Shown here: one piece after another, positions 36,899 to 47,600 of the stretch
Layout: each line of letters begins with the position of its first letter
Position numbering within the stretch: position 1 is the stretch's first letter
Sequence record: LR588166.1
Strand: one strand, 5' to 3'
Length of the DNA stretch: 64,000 nucleotides
Program-made: the position numbers and the translations under genes
The notes under the pieces: generated by a model
The model's input: only the letters and a program-made list of their open reading frames with translations
What the model was told of the DNA's origin: nothing
Database searches by the model: none

Positions 36899-37420
36899 AT
36901 GAACAAACACAATGCAGATACTGCTAGAGAGAATTTAGTTCAAATAGCAGGAAATAATAAAGTATTAGATATGCTCATAGAATTAGAAAAAACATTAGAT
37001 AACTGTAATGTGTTTTCTTATGCAAATTGGAATAAAGGAGAATTAGTTGCCGGACCCTTTATTTCTAGATATTGGGTTACTACTACTTGGATGTACAATG
37101 AAAAAGATATGCCAGATCCCGATGCAGGATTGCGTTTACTAAAATACGGTTGCAAAGTAAAGTACGAAAGGGATGTTTTTTTAGAACCAAAAAAAGTAAC
37201 AGGTAGACCTGACTACGAAAACCCATCCACTAAACAAGCAAAAATAGAAGAATTGCCTATTTGGTTAGTGACAATAACTATGCCTAGGAAATTTATAGAC
37301 GAAGCAATAATAGATGGCATGCAGGATTTCTCTAACGTAGATGATATAGATCCTAGTGCAATAGCCGATGTAGAAGCAGCAGGCGAAAACGGAATAAACG
37401 ATGTAGATGGAAATCTATAA
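36899..37420 (+). CDS. hypothetical protein
   Basis: LIELEKTLDN..Y.NW..GELV.GP..SRYW motif; acidic tail; upstream TTG at 36887 is possible. Confidence 0.75.
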   Translation: MNKHNADTARENLVQIAGNNKVLDMLIELEKTLDNCNVFSYANWNKGELVAGPFISRYWVTTTWMYNEKDMPDPDAGLRLLKYGCKVKYERDVFLEPKKVTGRPDYENPSTKQAKIEELPIWLVTITMPRKFIDEAIIDGMQDFSNVDDIDPSAIADVEAAGENGINDVDGNL

Positions 37421-37449
37421 AATTATTCCATATTATAAAGGGGTATATA

Positions 37450-38151
37450 ATGTTAGCTAGACACTCATTAAAAGGAACCGTATTACCTATAATTTCGGTG
37501 GATGAGTATATGCCTAAATCTGGAACACAGGAAGAAGTTATAGTCATTGCATTCTATACCATTGACGAAGACCCTGCGTTTGATTTAGACGATTTTATAG
37601 AAAAAAGTTTTATAGAAGTATTAGATGTTGATGTAAGTCCCAATCCCGACGAAAACGGAAATTATTTAGTATTTGTAGAATTAAAAAGAAAAGCAGGCTT
37701 CTTTGAAAAATTTTACAAGATTATAAAAGATGTAGAAAATGTTTCTGGAAAGCAAGACTGGTTAGTTAAAGCATATCTTTGTAACGAATTACTACCATAC
37801 GATGACGAAAGACTATTAGATTATATAATATTACTAGATGACGAAGAAGCATCAATAACAGAAAGTGTAATATCTATGCTTACTGACAGCGATATATCTT
37901 CTGCTCACATAGATGATTCTAGAATATACATATCTAATTCTCATAGAACAGTAAGTTTTGAGCCATTGTATATAGGCGAAAAAGCATTTAATAGTTTAAA
38001 ACTAAATGAATGTGCTATAGAACTATCTAATGTAGATAGTAATGTTGCTTTATTATCGGCATTTTTAGGTAAAAAATGGGAAGTATATAAACTAAACGAA
38101 TATATAATACTTCAACACCAATCTAAGCAACCTATTATAGCCAAATTATAA
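37450..38151 (+). CDS. hypothetical protein
   Basis: [11 protein letters not shown]...VLDVDVSP motif; 233 aa. Confidence 0.75.
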   Translation: MLARHSLKGTVLPIISVDEYMPKSGTQEEVIVIAFYTIDEDPAFDLDDFIEKSFIEVLDVDVSPNPDENGNYLVFVELKRKAGFFEKFYKIIKDVENVSGKQDWLVKAYLCNELLPYDDERLLDYIILLDDEEASITESVISMLTDSDISSAHIDDSRIYISNSHRTVSFEPLYIGEKAFNSLKLNECAIELSNVDSNVALLSAFLGKKWEVYKLNEYIILQHQSKQPIIAKL

Positions 38152-38155
38152 TCAA

Positions 38156-38182
38156 AAAGCACTTATTTTCGATAAGTGCTTT
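38156..38182 (+). terminator. hairpin before the J-domain gene
   Basis: aaagcacttat-tttcg-ataagtgcttt. Confidence 0.6.
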
Positions 38183-38189
38183 AACTATC

Positions 38190-38879
38190 ATGAAGAATTG
38201 GCAAACAATCCTTGGCGTATCTGCTAATCCCACAGAAAAACAGATAAAGACTGCATACAGAAAACTTGCATCAAAATATCATCCTGACAGAAATAAAGAT
38301 AAAGATGCAGAACACATGTTTAAACAAGTAAGGGAAGCATACGAATATGCAATAAAATGGATTTCTATTAAAACAGAACAATACATAGATACAGTATATA
38401 TTCCATTAAAATACCAAAATAAAGGCGGCAAATTCAAGACAGCTAATCATAAATTTATTATAGAAATTCCGCCACATTTCCCTCATAATTCACAAAAAAT
38501 AATAATAGTAAACAATTCTATATTATTAGTTACTGTAATATTCATACATGATACATTTTCTATAGCTCAAAATGGCATAGATGTATATGCAACTATTTCT
38601 GTAGAAAGTCTCGACATAATTATGGGCACAGAAATAATAGTTGAGCATCCGTACGGAAATAAGATAAAAGTAGGTATACCTACATCATTTGTATCTGGAT
38701 CTAAAATACTAGTGAAGAACAAAGGTATTAAGAATACATATACAGTAAACAATATTTTAGAAACAATAACTGGTCATCTGTATATAACTGTCAACATGTT
38801 CACAAAAGTTCGTTTGACTAAAAGTAGCGATACTAGTATACTACTAACGTACAAAGCAAAACCATACACAATCTCGTAA
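38190..38879 (+). CDS. J-domain (DnaJ/CbpA-like) co-chaperone
   Basis: [21 protein letters not shown]; DnaJ C-terminal-like region; no Zn finger. Confidence 0.88.
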   Translation: MKNWQTILGVSANPTEKQIKTAYRKLASKYHPDRNKDKDAEHMFKQVREAYEYAIKWISIKTEQYIDTVYIPLKYQNKGGKFKTANHKFIIEIPPHFPHNSQKIIIVNNSILLVTVIFIHDTFSIAQNGIDVYATISVESLDIIMGTEIIVEHPYGNKIKVGIPTSFVSGSKILVKNKGIKNTYTVNNILETITGHLYITVNMFTKVRLTKSSDTSILLTYKAKPYTIS

Positions 38880-38888
38880 GGGGTACAC

Positions 38889-41108
38889 ATGGATAGCCAA
38901 AAGAAACTGAATACCGTACTTACTGAAGCAAAAAAACTTGCAGTAAGTCACCAACACGAAGCCATTACTTCGGATCATGTATTGTATGTTTTATTAGGAT
39001 ACGACGAAGTAAAGGACTGTGTTAAAAACTGCAATGCAGACCCGGATCAATTAACTAAAGCAGTATCTGATTTCCTTGTTACCCAATTGGGAAAATCCCG
39101 ACACATAACTGATATGAATATTGATATCAGTCCCTCTCTTAGTCGCTGGTGCCAGCAATTGGCAACTAAAATTGCATTAGATCCTAACAAAGCAATGACG
39201 TATGTCGATATGCTCGATGCACTCATCAAAGACACCAGTTGCAATGCAAGCCAGCTTCTCGCGCACTACGGTGTTACGACTGCTGTAGTAACTGAAGCGA
39301 AGAAATCTGCAGAAGCAGAATCCCTTATAAAGTCGTTTACTCGCAATCTCAACGACGAAGTATCTGAGGGCAAAATCGATCCGGTTATCGGCCGGGAAGC
39401 TGAACTAGAAGAAGTTATCGAAGCCCTCGCCCGCCGGCGAAAAAACAATTGCATTCTTACCGGCAAAGAAGGTGTGGGTAAGACAGCAATTGCTGAAGGG
39501 CTGGCGATGAAAATCGTCAATGGCGAGGTGCCCGAAGCAATTGCTGACAAACAAGTTATTTCACTCGATATCGGCGCGATGATGGCAGGCACTAAATATC
39601 GCGGCGAGTTCGAAGAGCGCATGAAATCGCTGCTAGACGAACTAAAAGCAATGAAAAATGCCATCGTCTTCATCGACGAAATACATATGATCATGGGCGC
39701 CGGTGCAAGTAATGGTTCGTCGGTAGACGCTGCTAACCTGCTCAAGCCAGAATTAGCAAAAGGAACACTTCGTTGCATAGGCGCAACTACCTACGATGAA
39801 TATAGTACCCACTTCGAAAAAGATCGGGCATTAATGCGCCGGTTCCAAAAAGTGGAAGTCCCGCCGCCTAGTGTAGGCGACACTAAAAAAATAGTTGCCG
39901 GACTAAAGCAATATTACGAAGAGTTCCATGGTGTCAAATACGATGTAGGGACTCTAGATCTGGCAGTCGATTTGACCGAACGATACATCAAAACTCGGCA
40001 CCAGCCTGACAAATCAATCGATGCAATAGACTTAGTCGGCGCCAGAGCTAAATTAGCAGGGATCTCTACCATTACCGAGCGTATGGTCATAGAAACTGTA
40101 GCTAAATTAGCTCATATGCGTCCGGAAATGTTGGATAACACCGAAAACGACACTATTGCTCGTCTAGAAGGTAATCTCAAACACGATGTGTTTGGGCAAG
40201 ACGAAGCTATTAACAAGCTCTGCGAAGCAGTGATGGTACACAAAGCAGGACTTCGAGATGCCAATAAGCCGATTGGTAACTTCTTGTTAGTAGGACCGAC
40301 CGGTACTGGTAAAACGTTCTTGGCAAAAAAACTATCCCAGCACATGGGTATTCCTTTAGTGCGGTTCGATATGTCTGAATACCAAGAACAGCATAGCGTC
40401 GCCCGGCTGCTAGGTGCGCCGCCCGGATATGTAGGGCACGGCGAAGGCGAAGCTGGCGCTGGGCAGTTAATCTCTGAGATTGAAAAAAATCCCAACTGCA
40501 TCTTGTTGCTAGACGAAATCGAAAAAGCACACCCGAAGGTATTTAGTACGTTCCTTCAGGTGATGGATGACGCCCGGCTAACTTCGTCAACTGGCAAAAC
40601 TGTATTCTTCGGTAACGTTTTGCTACTAATGACATCTAACTCCGGCGCTGCTCAAGCTGCTAAAGCATCAATCGGATTTGGAAATAATTTCAACGACGGT
40701 GCAATAGATAGCGCAGTTACAAAAGGATTTGCGCCTGAATTCCGGAACAGGCTCGACGGCATTGTTAAGTTCTCGGCACTCACTATTAACGAAATGTCTA
40801 AGATTGTAGACACTGAGTTTGCTAAAGTACAAGCAAGTGTACTAGAAAAAGGCGTATCGTTAATCCTTACCCAAGAAGCACGTCAAAAATTAGCAACAGA
40901 TGGATATGATCCTAAGATGGGCGCCCGGCCGCTCGCGAGGCTGTTCCAAGAGAAAGTCAAGTTGCCGCTGTCAAAGCTGATGCTACTCGGCGATCTTAAA
41001 AATGGCGGTCACGCAGAAGTTAGGGTAGTAGCAGACGAAGTTGTAGTTATACAAGCAATTGCCCCTGCTGCTAAAGCTAAAAAGAAAATAGACCAAACTG
41101 TAGTTTAA
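38889..41108 (+). CDS. clpA: ATP-dependent Clp protease ATP-binding subunit ClpA
   Basis: N domain, DPVIGRE, GKEGVGKT, GTKYRGEFEER, FGQDEA, GPTGTGKT, GAPPGYVG, IGF loop, no ClpB M-domain. Confidence 0.95.
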   Translation: MDSQKKLNTVLTEAKKLAVSHQHEAITSDHVLYVLLGYDEVKDCVKNCNADPDQLTKAVSDFLVTQLGKSRHITDMNIDISPSLSRWCQQLATKIALDPNKAMTYVDMLDALIKDTSCNASQLLAHYGVTTAVVTEAKKSAEAESLIKSFTRNLNDEVSEGKIDPVIGREAELEEVIEALARRRKNNCILTGKEGVGKTAIAEGLAMKIVNGEVPEAIADKQVISLDIGAMMAGTKYRGEFEERMKSLLDELKAMKNAIVFIDEIHMIMGAGASNGSSVDAANLLKPELAKGTLRCIGATTYDEYSTHFEKDRALMRRFQKVEVPPPSVGDTKKIVAGLKQYYEEFHGVKYDVGTLDLAVDLTERYIKTRHQPDKSIDAIDLVGARAKLAGISTITERMVIETVAKLAHMRPEMLDNTENDTIARLEGNLKHDVFGQDEAINKLCEAVMVHKAGLRDANKPIGNFLLVGPTGTGKTFLAKKLSQHMGIPLVRFDMSEYQEQHSVARLLGAPPGYVGHGEGEAGAGQLISEIEKNPNCILLLDEIEKAHPKVFSTFLQVMDDARLTSSTGKTVFFGNVLLLMTSNSGAAQAAKASIGFGNNFNDGAIDSAVTKGFAPEFRNRLDGIVKFSALTINEMSKIVDTEFAKVQASVLEKGVSLILTQEARQKLATDGYDPKMGARPLARLFQEKVKLPLSKLMLLGDLKNGGHAEVRVVADEVVVIQAIAPAAKAKKKIDQTVV

Positions 41109-41118
41109 CACTACTCCT

Positions 41119-41149
41119 AAAAATAGCCCCAGACGGGGCTATTTTTTTT
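41119..41149 (+). terminator. rho-independent terminator
   Basis: aaaaatagcccc-agac-ggggctattttt ttt. Confidence 0.88.
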
Positions 41150-41197
41150 GACAACAAATTTCAGTAACGTACTAATTCAATACAATTACGTACACTG

Positions 41198-41204
41198 ATA
41201 AATA
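41198..41204 (+). promoter_or_regulatory. late promoter core ATAAATA
   Basis: heads the fibre gene cluster. Confidence 0.6.
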
Positions 41205-41226
41205 CTGCATAATAATAGAGGTCAAA

Positions 41227-41661
41227 ATGAGTATTAGAAAATCTGTATTAATGCTGCAAGGTGCAAGTTTTGACGGAGAAATGAAAATAGTAGGTGAAAG
41301 AGTTAGGGCTGACAACTTTTTCGGTTTTACTGACGGAATTCATACAGTATCTATGTCTTATTATAATTTTAAAGGATACTTTATGCTTCAAGGAACTCTA
41401 TCTATGAATCCAGAAGAGTCGGATTGGTTTAATATAGATGTAACTGAACGAAATAGAAGAACCACTGTTTTACGTTTCCCCGAAGATCCGGCGCATCCCA
41501 CAGGCGAGAAAAACGGCGATACCGGTACAAAGGCATTTACTTTCATAGGTAATTTTACTTATCTAAGAGCAGTTGTATCGTGGGAAGGATATATACCGCC
41601 GCCTGTGCTTGTAACAAACGAAGATATGGGTAGTGTAGATAAAGTGCTGTTAGCAATGTAA
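41227..41661 (+). CDS. putative virion protein
   Basis: GFTDGIHTV..QGTL..P.E.DWF; SD GAGG; late promoter. Confidence 0.7.
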   Translation: MSIRKSVLMLQGASFDGEMKIVGERVRADNFFGFTDGIHTVSMSYYNFKGYFMLQGTLSMNPEESDWFNIDVTERNRRTTVLRFPEDPAHPTGEKNGDTGTKAFTFIGNFTYLRAVVSWEGYIPPPVLVTNEDMGSVDKVLLAM

Positions 41662-41674
41662 GGTTAAAAAGAAT

Positions 41675-44600
41675 ATGAGTATACAATCAGGTCCTTCTGT
41701 ATTAAATCAATTTGTTCCAGATTTTCTAATAGATAGTACACCAACTAATGGTCAATTTTTAGTTTATGACGAAACTGTCCAGGCATTTGTAAATAGCACA
41801 AATCCCAGAATCGTATTAGATTCGTCTAATATATTAGACGGTTCTATAACAATTGATAAACTTGCAATATCTGGTAATAAAGTACCTGGATACGTACTAA
41901 CTATAACTTCCGCAGGCGGAATGGCATTTTTACCAGTGCCCGGCAACGGCGGTCAGCTACCTAGTCTAGATGAATTACTAGACACAAATATAGTATCTCC
42001 TACTGTAACCCAATATCTTAAATGGGACGGTTCTGCATGGGTTAATAGTAATATAACATTAAATGATGTATCAGATGTCTCTGTTATCTCCCCTACAGCC
42101 GATGATGTATTAGCATGGGAATCAGGTTCTTGGACAAATAAGAAAATAGATTATACATCACTAACAAACAAACCAGATTTGAGTGATGTAGTTAGATCTA
42201 GCGAATTGTCATCAGTTGCATTCAGTGGTGATTATAATGATTTAGTAAATATTCCCAGTGCAACTTCTAATACTATAGTTGGATTAACAGATGTTAACGA
42301 TACTGCACTACCTAACGGATTCTTGCGCTGGAACGCAAGCGGTGATGAGGTAGAATTTATTACTTCAATTTCTGCTACTGTAATAACCGGGTTAGCTCCA
42401 GTTGCTACTAGTGGAAATTATAATGACTTATTAGGAAAACCTAATTTGTCAGTGTATCCGCTTAGAACTGAATTTTCTACTGTTGCAACCACCGGTAATT
42501 ATTCTGATTTGAACAATGTGCCTTTGACATTTGCACCAAGTGCGCATACTCACCCGGCTGCACAAATCACAGGATTAGCATCTGTAGCTACTAGCAACGA
42601 TTATAACGATTTAGTTAATAAACCGACTGCGATGGCGCCAACAGCACATACGCATGCTATATCTGATATTATAGGATTGCAAAATTCGCTAGATAGTAAG
42701 TTGACTGTTAATTTAACTACTAGACTTCCAAAAGATGTTATTTATTTTAACGGCACTTCGTGGGTAAACAAGCAATTATCTTATACTGATATTTCCGGTA
42801 CTCCTAACCTAGATAACTATGTTACTGATTCAGAATTATCTACTGTTGCTACAACTGGCAGATATTCTGATTTAATAAATAAACCCGAGTTAGTAGAAAA
42901 TTTAAACGACTTATTAGATGTAGATGTTTCTTCTAAACAAACAGGGAACGTATTAACCTGGAACGGAACAGCATGGATTGCTAGTGCAATAACACAAGCA
43001 AGCATAGATTGGGCTAATATAAGCAATAAACCAAGCGTTTTTAGCCCCGCTGCGCATACACACGACGTAGTAGACGTACTAGGCCTGCAAAGTTTACTAG
43101 ACAGTAAACTTGACGCAAATATTGCATTCGACGGCGATTATAATAGTTTAACAAATAAACCGGGGTTAATAGATCTTCAAGATACATTTAGTCCTGCTGT
43201 GCCTAATGGATTCTTGCGGTGGAATAATTTAGGTACCTTAGTTGCATATCAAGATTACATATATCCGCAAGATATTTCAGGATTGTCAGATGTTGCTATA
43301 TCGGGTCAGTATTCAGATTTATTGGGTACCCCTTCCTTATCGACTGTTGCTATAACCGGGAGTTATAGCGACTTAATTGATGCTCCGCCTGCGTTTGACG
43401 GTGATTATGATAGTTTAACAAATAAACCGTTTATTCCTACTAATTTTGATTTTAAATTTATAGGTTTAAATGATGTAAGTCCCACTGTTCAGCCCGGCGG
43501 CTATTTAAAATGGAACTTAGACGGTTCATTTGTTGTATCGTCAGCAAACATTCCTGCAACAGATGTAGCAGGATTGTCTGTTGTGTCTACAACCGGACAA
43601 TATTCAGATTTATTAGGCAAACCGTTATTAGCTACAGTTTCTTCGTCAGGTAGTTATACTGATTTAATAAATATTCCTACTGAATTTAATCCAGCTGAAC
43701 ATACCCACAGTATAGCAGACGTATCTGGATTACAGGCATCCCTGGACAATAAATTAAATACCTCTGATGCATTTAGTGGTGATTATAATGATTTAACTAA
43801 CGCACCTACTAATAGTTCATATTCATTGGTGGGATTATCAGATACTAATTCTGTACCTGTTGCAAACGGATTCTTACGCTGGAATGCATCCGGAAGTAGT
43901 GTTGAATATATTCAAACAATTCCTGTAAATGCAATAACCGGATTGGCTCCTGTCGCATCATCTGGCCAGTATGCAGATTTGCAAGGAACACCGGATTTAT
44001 CTGACTATGTTTTATCTGTATCATTAGCTGACATAGCTACAACTGGAGAATATTCAGATTTAATAAATGCACCCGATTTAAGTGTGTATGCTAATAAAAC
44101 TGATCTGTCAGATGTGGCTACAACAGGACAATATTCGGATTTATTGGGTATTCCTACGCAATTTACACCGACAGTTCATGTCCATAACGTTTCTCAAATA
44201 AGTGGATTATCTGCAGTTGCTACTAGCGGAAGTTATAATGATTTATCTAATAAACCGTCGTTTGCTAATGTTGCAACAACAGGCAGCTATGATGATCTAA
44301 ACAATAAACCATCCATACCTACTAATGGCAATTTTAGTTTACTTGGGTTAAATGATACAAATAATACACCAGTTGCAGATGGTATATTGCGTTGGAATTC
44401 CAGTGCAAATCAGGTAATATATGCAAATACAATCGATGCACAATCTGTTTCTGGATTAGCTACTGTTGCGACTATAGGTAAACTATCTTCACTAAGTGAT
44501 GTAGATTTAATAGGTTTGAACCAGAATGAAATATTACAATGGAACGGTTCTGCATGGGTACCTGTACCTTATAATCCTAATCAAATACAAGCCTACATAG

Positions 44601-47600
44601 AGAGCGGAAATACAAAAGTTTCTACTAACGATATTTTAGATAGCATTGTTCTAACAGCAGGACCTACCACTGGAAATATAATATTCGAGTTAGGAAATAC
44701 AAATAGCTCAATTATTCTAAATCCAGTTGCTAATAACGTAGATGCTCTTATTTCTTCTACTTCTAGAATAAAATTAGATTCATCTACTGGCATATCGTTA
44801 GGTAATATAAATTATCCAATGACTGACGGTACAGTTGGGCAAGCAGTAGTTACAAATGGAGCTGGCCAACTATCGTTTGAAACGGTAGTTAAACCCTCTC
44901 AATTGGCCACAGTTGCTACTAGTGGAAATTATAATGACTTAACTAATAAACCCACATTAGTAACCGAACTAAACGGACTTGCTGACGTTCGTATGCGTGA
45001 TACTAATGGAAATTATTTAGCACAACCAGAGGATGTGTTAACATATTCTAACGGAATATGGCAAGCACGACCGAACACTAGTTCTTCTTTTATAGGTTTA
45101 AGCGATACCCAAAATATAACATTGCCGGAAGATAGGGCCAATGCATACTTACGTTGGGATACTACCGGAAATCTAATTATATACGAAGATAGTATTTCTG
45201 CAAGCGTAATTGCCGGATTAGCAGAAGTAGCAACTACAGGAGATTTGCACGATTTAATAAATGTAAATGTAAATTTACCTGATATGAACAATCCAGCTAC
45301 ACAAGCTGTTTGGGGTTTAATATGGGATCGTCAGAATCAACGTTGGATAAATTACAATTTACGTAATATAGCAGGTTCGGGTGGATCTACGGTAGTAGCA
45401 TTAAATGACTTAACTGATGTTACTCTTACTTTCCCTGTAGTTGACGGTAATGTTCTTAGAGCAACTGTGCAGCCAGACAATAGTATTGTTTGGCAGAACA
45501 AACAACTATCTTATAGTGACTTAACTGGAACTATAAGTATGAGTCTGTTGCAATTAACTGATACTAGTTCATCTGCTGTACCTAATGGATTCTTACGATG
45601 GGATTCATCGGGTAGCACAGTTCAGTATACTACTACAATAAGTACAAATGATATAACTGGGTTAGCTCCGGTTGCTACCAGTGGAAATTATAATGACTTA
45701 TCTAATAAACCTGCTATACCGGCATCAATTAACGATTTAGCAGATGTTAATACCGTTAATCCTGTTCCTACAAACGGATATGTATTAACATGGGATAGTA
45801 GTTCGAATAATTGGATTGCAAAAGAACCTGCAACTAACCCATCTGGTAGTACAGCCCTAGCTGATCTAACAGATGTATCTCTATCTGATCTAGCTGCTAG
45901 TGATGTTTTAAAATACAACGGCACTACATGGGTAAACGAACCAGTTACGTATTCTGAATTAACAGATTTACCTACATTTGCGTTAGTTGCATTCAGTGGT
46001 GATTATAATGATTTAACTAATAAGCCATCGGGATCTACTACATCTATACTAGATCTAACTGACACTGCAGATACTGCACTACCTAACGGATTCTTGCGCT
46101 GGAACGCAAGCGGTGATGAGGTTTTATATCAAGCATCTATTGATGTTTCTGATATAATAGGATTATCCGGTGTAGCTATAAGTGGTGATTATAACGATTT
46201 ATCCAATAAACCGGAAAATAATTCGTATTATTTTAGAAAGTTAGCTGACGCAGGAAATCCGCAGCCTAATACATTTATAAAATATCCTGCGTTTACTATT
46301 CCGCCCGGTAGTGATATAGACGATGTTAATCCTATACTCGAATATGTAAGTAGCATAAATGCACTAACTGACATAGATAACCTAGCTCCGGTTGCTACTA
46401 ACGGAATACTAGGAAGTTTAGTAGACGTAAATCTAAATTCAGTAGAAGACGGACAAGTTCTTACTTATGATGCTGTAACAAATAGCTGGATAAACAAAAA
46501 TAGTTCAGGATCGCCGGTAGTAACTTCGTGGACAAAGATAAATGGCAACTATACTGTAACTGGTTCAGAATATTTATTGGTAGATACAACTTCTGCTAGT
46601 GTAACAATTACTCTGCCTGTTGCCCCTACCGAAAATATGGTAATTCGTATTGCTGATTGGAAAGGTACATTTAGAACAAATAGTTGCGTAGTGAATACTA
46701 ATGGCATGCCTTTAATGGGTGCCAGCATGGATAACACACTAACTATTCAGAACCAAAATGCAAGTATAGAGTTAACATTTGTAGACACAACGTACGGTTG
46801 GAAAATAACAGATGGTATAGGTGAGATATCTAAACAAAACATTCCAGTTACGAATTGGCGTACTGTAGATTCATCTAGCACTCCTGCTATGCTAATAGCT
46901 CAACCGGGCGAAGCAATTTATGTTAATACCAACAATGGTGCAGTAACTGTTAAATTACCGACAGGAGCAAGTGTTAACGCTGTTGTTAGAATAGCTGACT
47001 TGTTAGGTACTTACGATAAAGCAAGTTGCTTTGTAGATGGCAACGGCAACCCAATAATGGGTAAAAACGAAATATTAGAAATTGCAAACGAAAATGCTTC
47101 TATAGAATTTACATACGTCGATTCGGTAGTAGGGTGGAAAGTAACAGACGGCATAGGTGAGTTAGGTAGAAAAACTGATATTGCATCTGATTCGGATATA
47201 ATAGTTTATGTAGCTACAGATGGTAACGACACTACAGGAAGTGGAACCGAAGAATCTCCATTTGCTACATTAAATGCTGCTTTCCTTAGTCTAGATGGCA
47301 AATTTGTAAATAGTTCTGCAGAAATTATAGTTCGTGTTGCAGAAGGTGTATACGAACCTACCAATCCTGTTGCGTTTAGTCACATTCAGGGGATGAATGT
47401 AAAACTAATAGGCGAATTGCCCCAGGCAAGTAGTTCATTTACTGTTACTAATATAACCAATGATTCAGGATTGGCAAAGGTAACAATGCAACTTTCTTCT
47501 GTCAGTGACTACGAAGTAGGGGACATTATAAAGATTACGTCAGCAGCAACTATGTTAGAATGTGTTGAAATTGTAACAGCAATAAACACAGGATCTAATA

